A DNA stretch of 64,000 bases from Phoronis australis (GCA_002633005.1 NMRA01000314.1:158898-222897); one strand, 5' to 3'. Numbered from the stretch's first letter, positions 24,698 through 39,600 are shown. Made by a program: numbers and translations. The notes: generated by a model not told the origin, from the letters alone.

Positions 24698-27600
24698 CTA
24701 TAACCCACAGGCGCTTGAGTTTATCTGTTCCTCGATCGCAAATGACGTCACTCAATACTACGAAAACATGTTTCTTATATATGGTTATGAGTCATCGGTA
24801 AATTCGAGCGCCTGTGCTAGAACCACTGAGTGTTAGGCTCTGTTATACCCCGAACTTTACCATAGACTATGCTTTCACACATCCCGGGTTGTTCTGCACC
24901 TCACTTTGTTGTGAAATTTATATCAACATGTAGAGCTAACGAATGGCGGGGGTGGGAGTCAACCGACACTCACCTTGCCCGTTGCAGATGTTTAAGTGAA
25001 AAACAATCTAATAAAAGTCATTTTCTTGCATGATTCTCCTCCTTTAAACACTCAGTGGTACCTTGCAGTATTTTGACGATAGTCTTTATACAGCTAGATG
25101 GCTGGCTAGGAAACTGTTCCATGAGCGGCTGCCAATGACCTGTTCTACTAAACTTAGGGAGAGTGCACGTTAATGCGTATACACATAATTTCACATTTTT
25201 ATTATTTGCTTTCTGTCCTATACTCGTTTATAATATACTACACGTATTTTCAAAGTGTATTTACTGAAGAAATTGGATATTCGTGGCCTTCTCGCACTCT
25301 CCCAAAAAATAGCTTGAATCTGCCATTCGCCGAAGAGCAGACGAGGCGATTACACTCTGCCGGAAACGAGATGGTTTATATAGTCGGTGGGTCTTTGATT
25401 TGATTTGGTCGCGTTTTTTTTTTTTTTTTTTTTTTTTTGGCTTTCAAGCTTGCCGAATCGACTCTCTTAATTGCAAAGAATAGACAACTATGCGCAAAGG
25501 TTTCTGGGGAAAATGTTGGTGTTAGCAGGAGATTCGCAGCAACCCACCTGTAGGCTTAGTACTGTGTATGGGTGCGATAACCAGAGCAACCAAAAGAACA
25601 GTTACAAGTATGTTCAAATCGAGTTATAAATGTTGACTATCACTTGCAGACGTAGAAGTGTAATAGCATAAGAAATTATACCAAGATCATCAAATTTCAG
25701 CAATAAGATATGTAAATGTAGTGTGGTGTAGAAAAATGCACTTCGCCACAATACGAAAATCGTTTCTTACGTGAACAAATACCCCAATGTTTACAAAAAC
25801 TATTCAGATATTCCTCAAATGTATAACAAAATAGATATAAAGAACTCGAGCCAACTGAAAATAAGGTTTTATTCGAAATAGTATCAAAATTTCTGTTTAA
25901 TATTAAATCTCTTTGTGGGAGTCGATAAAATTGTGGGCATGTAAAATAACTTATTGTGTATGGAAATGATTTATTTACATTCGTATTCATATGTCATTGT
26001 AATCTTATGTATTTGTGTATAATAACTGTATATAGATTTCTTTGTATGTATTTAATAACGATACAATGCTTCTTGGCGCTCTCTGGGTATGTATATTTAT
26101 TGTTCTGAATATTTCATAATAAACATTTATAAAAAAGCATTGACAAGTGTAGAATATTCACTGCATTCTGGGAGCCAAATGGCAGGTCATCAGTTTCAAG
26201 GATTGTTTTACTCAAATGGTTCGCGTATAGCCGCAAGCACTTGATTTTGAACTTAGATGTAGCTTCGATCGTAAAAATAAAACGTACATATAAGTGATGG
26301 AATTTTGTAAGAAATGAAGACATTTTAGAGTGATTTCCATTTTGATAGTTCAGTGACTCCCGCCTTTTCTGCAAGACTAGTTAAATATTTTAAGTCAGTT
26401 TTCAATAGTTAGCAAGCTGGCATTCTGTTATTGGATATCGCAAGCTTCAATCCGTACCAATCAATAAATTCACAAAGTTGTGAAAAAAGGCAAATATGTG
26501 AGCCAAAGAGTCGTCACTTTCTGCAATATCGGACCTTCGAACTATCAAACAAACCTCCAACTAATTTTTGCTTTTTGTGTACGGTAAATGGTACATCTAT
26601 ATCTCTAAGATATGTTTTGAGCCCAAGAACATCGAATGAATTTAGCTTGTTCGTTGACTGGTCGTCTGCCAGTACGCTATTCCAACAGTGAACTCCAAAA
26701 TGCTACCCATACTGCTTTACATGACCAGTGGCGCCACCCTAGCGAATGATTTAAAGGTCTACTATGGTGCCAAATGACTACTTTTATCTAGATGCATGTA
26801 TTGATGAAAACATTAGCGTACGGTGTCATAGCACACCTCAGTCGTTAATTAAATAGGCCTTTTACAATACGAACCCCATTTAGCGCCAAAAAAATCTTGA
26901 GACGGCGCTTGCACCAATCAAAGCCTATGACATCATCGACACAAACAAATTTGGCTTTCACTGTGTCTCCATGTTATTGCAATCGTCAATGACTGTCGGT
27001 TTATTTTAGTACAAAATACGTGGAAGCATAGACTATAGTACATGGTTGTCTATAATCTATGGAGGAAATCAAGAAAACGCATTAATTGTTGATTTCATGT
27101 CAGTTAATATACAAATTGATCAAAATCATTACCTTTAATCTTTTTTTATTTAATTAATTAGCACACATTCTAATATGAGCTCCTATGGGAATCCCTGAGC
27201 AGATGACTGGGGTCACCTAAACAATTGAAAAAACAAAACGCTTCGTCCGATTTGTTATCAGGCAATTTCTCACTGTTTATTATGAAGCTTAGTTTACTTG
27301 ATACAAACCTTTTGATGTTAGAAACTTAGCATTCATTTCTCTTTGAAGCCAAAGGTGTGAACGCTGCGCGATTCCGATGCAGGCCTTAGTCGAATGTGTG
27401 TCCCGTATTGGAATCGGCCGAAAACAGGCCGTTTAATTTGGTGCAAGATATTAATATTACGTGGAAACGCGACAACATATATAACCTTGATCTTTTCGTA
27501 TCAAGCAATATTCAAATTCATCGAAAATATTAAAATGAGGAACTAAATTTTCAAAATAATTCGCCTTGAAATCCTTCAACTCGTAGTCGCCGCCATGCGC

Positions 27601-28699
27601 AAAGATTAAAAAAATTAATAGCAACACGACGCTGTGAGACTGTAATATATTAAAACTATGAAACGAAGTTTCTAATGCATGAAAATATACCGAATTATAA
27701 AGACTTGTATTCAATTTAACGTTTTAAATTCAATCATAAAATATAGTAGTCAGTAGCCCTACCTGTTACTGCCAGTCTTCACGAAGCCAGAGTGTAGCAT
27801 TCAGTCTTCTTCAATTTAAAACCGGTTGGTCGGCGTAGCTCTGCCGACCCGTGCCCCAGATGTTGTCCCTACACATGAGAATGAGTCGTGAGCAGACAAC
27901 TAGAGTAACGAACTGCCGGAGTTCTGGTTTCGGAATTGTGGAAATTTGAAGTAATGAATGAAGGAAGCGAACCTTCGGAGCAGTGGGCCTTCCGGACTAG
28001 TGGAATTTCGGTGTAGTGAGCCTTTGGCATAGTGACATGTAACCTTGGAAATCTTTCCCATCAAGTTTGTTGCTCGTGCGAAGTCTGCAGGGCTGTGCAC
28101 ACTGACTGACAAGAGAAGACTTTCTTCATTGACCAAAGTTGCGGTCCAGGCCTACTTTCCCCAATAAAGCGAGCATGCTCGTCGGGTTTTTTCCGTGCAA
28201 GAAAACACAATTGTTAAATGTCTGGTTTTTTTAACGCGACGGAGGACTACCTATAGTGAACTTACCGTCAGCGTGTACTGAATTTAAAAGTCGGAAACGC
28301 ACACATGTGTATGCATACATGCATGTCAATCCACCAATCCACAATCAAAGTGGACACTGGATGAACATCATATTTACATATTTGACGATCACTTTCAATT
28401 CTAAATTTGAAATTGCCTGCACTTTACCGTACTATGCTAGCCATTATACAGAAATAGCAGAATAACAAACATCAGTTTGTTTCTTAGCTGATTTTAAGTC
28501 ATTCACACCGCACCACTTTTTCGTAGCTCTCTCGCTGCTGTGTAGTTTACTTAGGTCATGGGTCTAGAATTCATGCCTACGTGTAGATATCCACTTCTAT
28601 ACTCCTTTGTTACACTTGGTGAAGCCACCACGCGCGTTCAATACTGATGAATGACCTTTTCCGCGGGGGTTCCATCATGGTTGTCACGAAGTCTTCATG

Positions 28700-31400
28700 A
28701 GGAATGGATCAAATCGGCTGCTATATGGAAGCCTTTCTCCATCAATACATATAGAGTCGTTAAACCATAGCTTTTGAAATTCTAATTCTGTCACATTATT
28801 GACGCCATAGTATAAAAGAACTTAAAACGTCCTTCCAAAAAGGGTTTTTAATTTGATGAGAAAGATATTTATAATAGTAGACACCAAATTTTAAAGGTTA
28901 GAAAAATCTGAGAGAAAAGGAATCTAACATGAATTAAGCTCATTAGACTTTGTCGCCTTGGGTTAAAATTTTCCTTACACAGCTACAATTTAAACTTTTT
29001 ATGAAGAAAGTTACATTGGTAAACTTCAATCCACCATATCGTAGTCTTGAATAATAACATTACGGCTCACACGATCAATTTTGCCATTCCAGGCAAACCT
29101 AAAGAACATTTTCCAACTATTTTTAAAAAAGACTATCAGGCGAAGGGATGCTGAGAAAAAGATGTGCCAGTTGGGGTATAATTAAAGGTTTTAAGACTGT
29201 AATCTGACCAGGTACACTCAACAGTCTATTAGAGCAACAAAAATTGTTTTTTAATACTGGCAACTTTCTTAGTGTAATGTAACCCAACCATATTTTTCAA
29301 ACTGGGTGTAAAAGTTATGCCCAAAAGGGAAAAATGTGTTACTTTCCCATGTCAATTTTTTGTTTTGACACAATAACGTGTTCGAAGTTTTGCATAGAGA
29401 GTAACCAAACGTAGACAGTTTTCAAATTTTTTGAAAATTTGGAAAAATGGTCTACTAATGAAAGTGATGAGTTTTCAGAGACATTAAGGACTATAACAGT
29501 ATCATCAGCATATTATAACAGTTAATATTCCTTAGTTTTAAAAACTATTCCTATGCAACATCAATTTTTTCTGAACGATTTACCTAAAACCTCTGCACAT
29601 AACAGATATAATTAAGGAGACAGAGCCTCTCCCTGTCTACAGCTACGGCCAATTGGAAAGAGTTCAGAAAAATGCCACATTGTGTAACACAAAGCTTTGA
29701 ATTTACTAATATTTCATTCCCCTGTCTAATGTTTCCACCAAAGGTAAAAAATAATGTTTTCTGAATAAACCTCAAAGAGACCAAATTGAATGTTATTTCA
29801 AAATCGATTAGTGGCAATAATCCACGGGTATCTTGTTCAATAGTATAGTGCATTACGTCAAACCACAGGTATGCATTTTCTCTAATAAAGCGTCCGGCCA
29901 AAGAGACCTTTTGGTTCTCGTGAATTAGTTAGCTGAAAGCTATTTTCACTTCCCTTTTAATAACACCAGAAAAAAAATTGAAACATGTGTTCAGCAAAGA
30001 AAAAGGTCTCCAATTTTTTAGTTGACCACTAGCTTCATCTTTTTTGGAGTAATTATCCTATACGCGTGATAGTATTGCCATGAAGTACGGTCGTATTGTG
30101 ATATTGAATATGGAAGAAGTACTTTGATAGAGCGAGCAAACCAATGTGACCAAAATTCACCAAGAGAGAAATTTTGCCATATTTTTAAAAATTGAAGTAA
30201 TGCGAGCACTTCACATATTTTTCACTCACCGGTAAATTTTTGTGACTTATAGTAAGGGTCAAAGTTTCAGCTGCTAATTTTTTCGTCAAAAAATTCTGCT
30301 TTCAACCCTGGGTGAACCTTTTTTAATTTTTTTGTCAAAAATATGAGAAAATGTATTTTTTTAATTTACTGTCTTGTCACTCGCACCTGAAAAAATCCTG
30401 AAAGCGTACACTCAATGTCATAATCACCAATCATATCCTAATCCATTCCTCATCAATTTTTTCACTTTATCTCACCATTTCCATTTAGGAACACTTCTAA
30501 AAAGGTAAAATCAGTCATTTTTCAAAAACCATGTTGACCTTTCCAGAGTTCAAACTAAACTCGAACCTGATTGGTCAAATGTTTTTAAAAGAACCAGTCA
30601 AAACTTCTCTAAATTACAAAAAGATGTCCCAAATTGGTAAAAGATTTTCATTGAAATATTATAGAATATTTTTAAAGTTCAATTTAACTTCAGTTTTGGG
30701 GATAGAGTCAGTCTTTTTAATTTTTTTTCAAAAACATTTTTGCTACACTTTTTCTACCTCGTAGTGGCGCTGTGATCAGTTCCAGTTTTAGAAAATTACA
30801 TTTTTTATTAAAGTAATTTTTGAATCAACGCTGTAGAGCATCAAAACATTTTAGAATACAAATATGCTCTTTTTGGAGGGTTACCAACACAACACCAGTG
30901 AGTTCCTATATTATTTGATAGGAATAAAATTGATGTAAAGTTCGTTAAATTTTTAGGGTCCAATTTAATTTTGTTTAATCAAAAATGCCCATTATCATTT
31001 TTTATCATATGATGCGCAACATAAGATTGAGAACACATTGATCTTACTTGGGAAAAAGAATAGTTCACATAACCTCACAGGTTTTTAAATAAATATCTAA
31101 ATACTCTGAAAAAGACTAGGTTTCTGGTTTTTGCTCTTTTTTGAATTAATTTGTTATGCAAATTCCATTTCTTAGAATTTTTTTTAAATCGTTTGGAACA
31201 AAAGAGACATTTTCTCTGAACCACTGTGATTCTTGAAGTGTTCTATCCTTTTCAAGGTAATAAGTTGCTCTCTTTTTCAAAAAATCTCTTATTCAACTTA
31301 GCTTCAGGGGAAAAAAAGTCCTGCCACAAGTCGAAAAAACTAAGTCGATTGTGATTTTTTCAATTGTTTTTGTTCTTGTTCGTGCAAAATATAATAGTTT
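28700..31400 (-). mobile_element. Decayed L1/Tx1-clade LINE ORF2, reverse-transcriptase region (boundaries approximate)
   Basis: Minus-strand fragments GRFIREN, LIDFE...VS..FI.K.L..F.FG and YADDT (~29498-29512); many frameshifts. Confidence 0.75.
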
Positions 31401-31952
31401 GTGGTTTGGTATCGATGCCATGTTGTTAACCTACTTGTAAAGGACTCTCCATTTTGTTTTATCAACACAGTAAGCTATGGATTCCCAAATGTAGTTGTCT
31501 AAACTTGTCATTTTCTGTGGCTTGGAATTTCTGGGTCCTGATTGCTGAAAAAAGGGCAATTTTTGAGGCTCTAAAACTTATGTAGCTAGCCAGATAGCTG
31601 TAAGAAGACTGTCGTCAAAATACCGCTAGGTGCCACTGTGTGTATTTCTTCCGTAGACCCCGAAATTGCACACAGCCAGGGTGGTTCTGCTGGTCACCGC
31701 GCCGTGAAACTTGTATCAACATGTAAAGCTAAAGACCGGACGGGTGCATGCAAAATCTGGGAATCAACCGACACTCACCTTGCCCGTTACAGCCGTTTAA
31801 GTGAAAAACAATGCAATAAACGTCATTTTCTTGTGTAACTCACCGCCTTTTCTAATAATGAAAAGTTTGTCGTCGTTTTGAAAACAATGCGCTCGTGTCA
31901 CGCGCTCGCGCCATTCCCTAAATTTTTTGCGACATCTCTCGGGAGATGATGA

Positions 31953-32351
31953 TAGCTTGGCAGCAGCAAATTTCTTCTGAACTTCGGTTTTTCGGTATCA
32001 AAATTCTAAAAACTTATAATGAAGTGAAACCAGTTCCGATAATTTGTTGTGACGTGTACGCAACCTCGTGAAAGAAGAACTGTTTGAAGAATCGGCGAAA
32101 ACATAAACTGGCCAGTAGGTGACGCAATATTTCATGGCGCCGCAAGCCGTCACTAAAGATCGCTCTACAACTTTAGCAGCAGAATAACGGTAGAACGTCA
32201 TTTTTTCCAACACTGTTAAATAATTTAGTTTACTCAAGGAAGACTGTAGTTTCTAATATCACCAATTTTGTGTCAGATTTTATCTTACCACTTTTTTACC
32301 CACACAGGTGCAAAGCTGTATATTTACGTATACAGCTTTGTACCAAGGCTA
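31953..32351 (+). mobile_element. Non-autonomous DNA element with TAG...CTA termini
   Basis: TAGCTTGG ... CCAAGGCTA termini; second copy at 24308-24697. Confidence 0.6.
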
Positions 32352-32909
32352 AAACTTAGTAACTCGAGAACCGCTCAACCGATTTAAAAATTTCAATAAC
32401 TTATATGTCTAGAGCTACCATTTCAGTCTCTCAGGGATCTAAGTTCATTGTCAAAAAATCCCGGGCGCTTAATGGATCCAAGCGGGTACTTTTTTAGAGC
32501 TGTCGCCGTTTCTTTTTTTTTGATGTGAGGCTTTGGAGTGATGTGCACGCGAAAGTTCCTACACTTCAATACAAAATTTTTATTGTTCCGAGAATATCAA
32601 ATTGGTCACTTACTTTGTGACCAATATTCTCACATCAAATATTTATATTCTTCTGGACAATTTTTTTCAAGACCACAGAAATGTTTGTGGGTTTCCCCAT
32701 TTTCAATCCAACAAGCACCGGTACGTACAATAGCACCTTCTAATTCTGATTTCCTCCAGTTGAGAGTTAAACTCACTGCAGAGATTGTTGTTGTTGTGAA
32801 TTATGATGGGTTTGTAATAAATTAACTTGAGATAAAAAGAGGATCTTTTTGCCGGACTGAATTTTTTCCAGGAACATCAATGAATTGTAAAGCCCCCCCC
32901 CCCCCTTGG

Positions 32910-33174
32910 NNNNNNNNNNNNNNNNNNNNNNNNNNNNNNNNNNNNNNNNNNNNNNNNNNNNNNNNNNNNNNNNNNNNNNNNNNNNNNNNNNNNNNNNNNN
33001 NNNNNNNNNNNNNNNNNNNNNNNNNNNNNNNNNNNNNNNNNNNNNNNNNNNNNNNNNNNNNNNNNNNNNNNNNNNNNNNNNNNNNNNNNNNNNNNNNNNN
33101 NNNNNNNNNNNNNNNNNNNNNNNNNNNNNNNNNNNNNNNNNNNNNNNNNNNNNNNNNNNNNNNNNNNNNNNNNN
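32910..33174. other. Assembly gap
   Basis: N run. Confidence 1.
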
Positions 33175-33377
33175 GCAATCTCGTCATTATTGCCAACACG
33201 AAAAACGGATTTGGTCTTTTGGGCATTTGAAGACTATTTTAAATACAACAAATTTGTTACGAACCGAGTGCACAAAATATAAAACGTGTAATAAGCATTA
33301 CAAAAAGAAGTAGGTTTCGCGCACAAACGCTGTGGACCATAAACAAGTAGGTCTCTTAGTATCAGATTAGGAGGTAA

Positions 33378-33445
33378 CTCGTGGTGTAGTGGTAAAGTAC
33401 GCGTGCTCTGTCCGCCAGGTCGTGAGTTCGAGTCTGTGGTTTGTG
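33378..33445 (+). mobile_element. tRNA-derived SINE head (or tRNA pseudogene)
   Basis: Pol III A box TGGTGTAGTGG (33382) and B box GAGTTCGAGTC (33424) at tRNA-like spacing; no convincing cloverleaf. Confidence 0.55.
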
Positions 33446-33699
33446 CAGGTTTCACTGTTTGCCCCTTCTCCTTTTTTCTTGGATAATACTTCAGGAATCA
33501 AGGAAAATGCTTGAATTGTAGACGAAAAAACAGAAAAATTTTCGGGGCGGGAGGTGGGCAAACCCCCCTCCCGACTTCCCCCCATTCGGTGCTATGCGCA
33601 TCTACAATCGTGGTTTGCGCAAATGCTTACAGAAAAAAATGTTGGGCCCCCCTTGTGATATCCTAGATCCGCCACTGAAAAGCTCTGATTTTCATCAGA

Positions 33700-34540
33700 A
33701 GATGTCTAAGAAAGCATTGTCCTCAGTAGTGAAAGTCGTTTCCAATTTTGCCAAAATTGTAAAATTGGACTGCATATTCCTTTTTGGCTTCAACCAGATT
33801 TTTTTACTTCGTGCACATATTCAAAACCTCGCAAAATTGATGAATTAAATTTCCAGAAACCCTTCCCTGTTGAAAAGTAATTCAATTTTATTTTCATTTC
33901 TATTATTAAATGATTATACCGAGGAATTATGTTGGTCTTACTAATAAGAGATAATAGCTCAGACGATATTGAAAAGAAGTCTAGCTTTGCCATTTTAACA
34001 GGAGTGGATCTATGCCAAATGTAGACAACTTCGTTTGGAGAAAATACATGCCAGGGGTCTACCAAGTTCCAAGCGACTTCCATTGACTGACTGAGTTTCT
34101 TGCGTTGAGGTTATTGACAGAATAATAGTTAAAACAGTCCTTTTCTTATACAGGATTCAAATCGTGAAATCTGCAACCAGGTTCAAAAGGTTTTGTTAAT
34201 ATTACTATAAAATTCTGCATTATCTGCACTTGGACCATAAATATTTATTAATGCCGCTCTATATCTAGCCATTAATTCTAATACCCATGTTATCAAATTC
34301 ACATTCTCATCAGTGGAACGGCTTTTCAGTTTATATTCAAAATTATTGCCTGAAGCACAAATGAGATGAAAACCCCACTGTGCACGAATACGACGGACAT
34401 CTTTCTTGAAAAGTGATTGTTTTGTAAACAGTTCATGGCGGCTTGTTTTTCACGAAGGAATTTGAAAACATCTTTCCTTTTTTGAAAGTTCTGTAGACCT
34501 CCGCAATTTGCACCGAGAATGGTAATACTGTATTTGTCAT
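33700..34540 (-). mobile_element. Decayed L1/Tx1-clade LINE ORF2, APE endonuclease region (probably the same element as 28700-31400)
   Basis: Minus strand reads ITILGANCGGLQNFQKRKDVFKFLREKQ, KLDFF and GKGFWKFNSSIL. Confidence 0.75.
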
Positions 34541-35767
34541 TTCAACTCATAAACAAATAAAAATGATACTCAGATAGCTCCAGACATGTGAATGCAACAC
34601 TGTACTTGACAGAACTTCAAAGAGACAGTTACATAACATTAGCATTGTGCCGCTGTCCTCCTTTGCCAATGAATGACAGTGCACTGGGTACTCAAACGCT
34701 ATAAGAAATCAAATTTTAAGAAAACCACAACATGGAAGAAACACCGTTTACATGGTGAAGGCTGACAACCAGCCATTTACATGCAAATATACATCTTCAA
34801 AAATTGTTTTTACCAGAATGCAATTCGAGTAAAAGACCAGAACGAATGTTATGCACATGTAGAGTTGTCTACCAATTTATAAGCCCTGAAATTGGCGCGA
34901 AATTCTTGACTCCCAAAACGTCACTTCCGGAGTAGAGGACGAGTAATTGTTTAAATTACAAGCAGCTGTAATTAATTAAAAGTATGTCTGGGATAATCTT
35001 GCTAACAATGACATGAAAATGGTTGCCTTTGCCTTTAAATATATTTTGGATATGTGCATCAAAGAAGAGCGTTAGAGGATGCACGTCTATTGTCAGGTAC
35101 AGTGTACATGGAGTCATCGATTATATTGATGGAGAAGCCCCTCCCTGTGCTGTGTAATGAATTTCAATCTACACATATAGTTATGCCTGCCTAGCCATTT
35201 TTTATTCTGTATTTCAGTTCTGCTTCCTTTGTAATGTGTTTTTTCTTACAGTATAATATCATACATAACGTATTCATTCGTCTTCTTTTTTTCCTTTGCA
35301 GTGCCAGCCATGTTAAAGTTTAGGTTACATCATTCTTAATATGTGCTTTATTTTAGTTTCTCCCGTTATTGCGTCGGTAGTTTATATTGTAACCCCTAGG
35401 TATTTGTATCCTGTACGTGTACACATTTTGTTGATACTCAATGTAGGTTGATGTTTGGCTCATGTAGTGAGTTAAATTGTTGAAACGAATACTTAATTTA
35501 TTTTTTACTAACTTCATGTGTAGATATAGGTGGGTTTCATGTAAGCGGCTCCTTAGCCTTTTGAAAGTCTCCTTGTTTTGTCTTGTTTTGATATTTCTAA
35601 AGTAATCAATGACTATTATACATATAGTCTTAGTAAAACCTCAGTTTAGTTGTTTACCTTCGACTACTACAAGTTCCACTCTTGTCACTTTAAATTACGC
35701 TTAACAACTAGGAACAACTTGTGTAGGCTTATGACTATTTGTATCATGAATGGCGAAATAAAATAGC

Positions 35768-35802
35768 TATCTATCTATCTATCTATCTATCTATGTATGT
35801 AT
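35768..35802. repeat. (CTAT)n/(GTAT)n microsatellite
   Basis: Directly visible. Confidence 0.9.
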
Positions 35803-36289
35803 CTGTAGAGTTCAACTGATCGAGAGTGGAAACAAAATAGGGATTATGCTGCTTATTGCATAATTAAGATCAACAGGTTGATTCCATTATTTTCGGTGCG
35901 TCACGCTACGTCGTTGTATATTGTTTGTTCTCTTTCATCTCTCAACAAAAGATGTCCCGTGTAACCCTTGAAAGATGATAAGGGGGCTATAGTCCGATAT
36001 AACGTTGGCGTATTTTGAGAACCAGCTTCATGCCCGTTATTTAGTGACGAAAACTGGTTCTTAAAATTCGGGCGCGTTATATCATATTAGCTATAAGGGG
36101 ATATTGTAACCACCTAACCCAACAACGTATGTCGCGTGTACCTAACCCAGGTACTGACGGTACTAAACTAATTATAAGATATTGTGACCACCTAAAATAA
36201 AACATAAACTTAATATTGTTTAAACGTGTATAAAACAGCATACGGAAGTGGATAAAAGTGGGTACTAAACTATTGCAATATCCTAAGAC

Positions 36290-36612
36290 ACGGGTAAGAA
36301 ACAACGACCGCCGGTCCTCTTAAATCGGACCGCCTGACCCAAAACAGGACCTCCGGGGATCAAATGGGACCGTCGCACCAGAAAATGGGACTGACGCACC
36401 TAAAAACATGACCGCCCCACCAGAAAACAGGACCGCCGGGGATTGAAACCGCATATTGTCCGGCGGTCATGTTCAGTCCCCGGCGGTCCTGTTTTGTGGT
36501 GGGGCGGTCATGTTTTTAGGTGCGTCAGTCCCATTTTCTGGTGCGACGGTCCCATTTTGGGGTGAGTCAGTCCGATTTAGAGGATCGGTGGTCATGTTGT
36601 TTTTCACCCATG
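36290..36612. mobile_element. Foldback element: long inverted arms built of ~21-bp subrepeats
   Basis: 36362-36445 is a near-perfect reverse complement of 36472-36556; outer arms are degenerate. Confidence 0.8.
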
Positions 36613-39600
36613 TAAGAGAGAAAAGAAACTTTTCATGTTTAACCATGTATTAATATCAGCATACAAAAGTGGATAAAAGTGGTTTAATGCAAAGGACTAC
36701 ATGACATTTTCTAACTCAAATGTACATAGCTCCGTCTGGGCCGAGACAAATCTTATCAGCACTAAACTATTGCAATCTACCAAGAGAGGAAAGAAACTTT
36801 TCATGTTTAACCATGTATTAACTGAATATCAGCATTCAGAAATGGATTCAAGTGAGTGAATTCAAAACTGATTGCATGAAATCTTTTTACACAGTATGTA
36901 CCTAAAATTCTGTCTAGAATGTGACAAATCTTACATAAGTACTGAACTATTGATGGCGTATATTTGTAAGCACCTAAGAGATAAAAATGTTCATGTTTGA
37001 CCGCGTTTTAATTACGGCATACAGAAGTATGATATTTTCTTACACAACTGCACACAAAGCACCATCTGAGCTGAGACAAATCTTACATAATTGTCACACG
37101 AAGCCTGGGCTGACAAAACCTTGTTTTATTATGGTTCAAGTGAGTATACTTCACGGGTCAATTAAGTAATTTTCGAACCCGTCTGAGAACTTTGCATTTC
37201 AATTATGTGCTGGTTCCTTACATAAATTTCGACATGCATATACCCTTCTTTATTCTAGGTCAAATACGTGCATTTCAAACCAATGTAGGCATGCATACAT
37301 CGTAAATAAACCATCCTCTATATACTCTTAGGTGCTACGCAGCGTGTATATAAAACGCTGGAGATACCAATAAACTGAGTAGATTTGACCAACTCCAGAA
37401 ACTATTTTGAGACCAGAGTTTGCAAGTTAGCGATGAGTTATCATTTTCTTGACCCTTCTCTTAGGCAGATTTTTAAATTTCGTTTCATGTACGTTAGTGG
37501 TATCCAGGTTTTCTCTTTTTTTTTTGACCATCCGTCTGTACTGAATATTCAATTTCTTTTTTGTTTGTTTTTTTATTTTTGATTTGATTTTGTAGATCGT
37601 CTATATTCAATATCCAACAACTTTTTTGTTTTATTTTTTATATTTTACTTTGTAGGTGAAACATCCTCTTAAGTTATCTAAGGGTTGTCACCAACACTAC
37701 CTCTGTAGTGAATTTATCATACATGTATACAATTCCGATTATTCCAATATTTTTATATTTCTTTTTTCTTAAGCAAAAATTAACACATGTAAACTACCAA
37801 CGTTTCAATTTCAATTTAATGATCTCTGTAGCCTATACCATACGTTGCGATGGGAGTTTAGATGTTGAATTTATGTACGAGATTTGATTACATTAATCCG
37901 TTTACAGAGCGATCTTCAGTTTTAATGTCTTTATCAAAAAAATTAGCAATAAAGTCCATGCTCCATCATCGGCATCAATATAGCAAATAAAATATTCAAT
38001 ATTGTCCACAAATTTTCGACGAAAGTGCCTGAAGTTGTCTGGTCTGAGTTGTTAGACCAGGGAAACAGCTATGTTGGTGCAAAGAGCTCACTAGCAAAAG
38101 GCAGTGAACCCTTCAAAATTTTGCTTGCTTCGTATGATAATTCCTTTCAATTCTATTTGTTAGCATAACTCAATTGTTTTGCCAAAGAAATGTATAGACA
38201 AGTGTGTTAAAGATAATAAAACCTATTATCCCATACGCATGTTGAATACGGACGCCTAATTTCTCGCCAAAATAATCTATGTTGCACACAATACACTATA
38301 CGTTTTTATATATGTTATCGCTTCGTGCGCAATATTTTCACATGTTGACACTATGACAAGTGTTTTTAAAGCTAAACAATAAAGTGAAATAAAATGATGT
38401 TGACATTTTTTCTAAATATACCATGTAGTTTTGCGCCTGAACAGAACACTTAAATCACAAAAAGTCTCTAACTTGCCTCGATGTATTTGGGATTAGGAAA
38501 GCAATAAACATTTCTAATGCATGACGCCTTTTGGTCATCTATTGCATTACACCAGATGAGGTTCTCTACGGTCAAATTTCAGTCAATTTTTAAATTCGTT
38601 CTCAAAACAATCAAAATACTTCGAACCCAAAAGCAAAACTGCAACTGTTGTAAACACAATATTTTTGTCAATTTTATGAACTGCACGCAAGGAGTATTTC
38701 AAGAAGCCGGTGTCACATTGTCACAGCCTACAACTACACAACGGTCCGGCATACTTTTTCAAATACTTACTCCAGTTTAATCTAAAAATTCATCTCAATT
38801 CGAAAAAACAATCCTCTTGCCACACAACACTGGACACTATGGACAGACTCGGCAATGATTGGACCACCTCCCTGGTATGACGTATTTTCAGAAGATAGCC
38901 GAAATTGAAAGTTTTCTTTTTCTCAAAATGTTGCGGGGAAGTGGGGACGCTTTTTAAACAAATTATAGACGAACATGAGGCATGAAATTAATGGAGATGT
39001 GTTTCACAAGAAAACATTATTAACAGTCAACACATGTGTTTTCACAACAACTAAACAGCTTTCAACTTACCACTTTAACGATGCCTTATCTCCCGACTTG
39101 ATTTTTAAGACCCGTGTCAAAACAAAAATCTTAACAAACGATATCGTTACTGAGTGCAACGGGGTGTCCGAGGCAGTACACATGCTACAGAAGTACCCGC
39201 CGATGTGGGGCTCAATATGTACATTTCCTTCAACAGTTCCTATGGCAAATTATCAAGCAGGATACTAAACCATAAAATTAAAATTTATTGTGACCTGAAG
39301 TACAAACCACAACAGAAAATAAATGTGCACCTCGAACTGCTGTCAAAATTGCACGAAGCGAGATGCATCTCCGCCATATATCCCTGTGCCATGTTTCGTT
39401 AAACACTGTTAAGCCATTTTGACAATAATTTTGGGCAAGCACTGTTTTGTTGAAAACTGCATAGCACAGCACTTAAATTTGCTCATAAATCAAGTCGCTC
39501 AGACGAATTCCACCCATCAATTTTAATACTGTGAAATTTCACCAGAATCTGTTGAGTCATTATGACAAATAATTGACAGACAAGGAAATGTTGTGGATGC

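Noticed and set aside
25555-25620. VYGCDN fragment resembling a THAP domain start
   Set aside because: Too short and frameshifted to distinguish from chance.
24309-32237. Similar short ORFs at 24309-24611 and 31998-32237 as conserved peptides
   Set aside because: The similarity is explained by two copies of a non-autonomous repeat; starts and lengths differ.
33378-33450. Functional tRNA gene
   Set aside because: A and B boxes are present, but no convincing acceptor or anticodon stems could be folded; treated as a SINE head.
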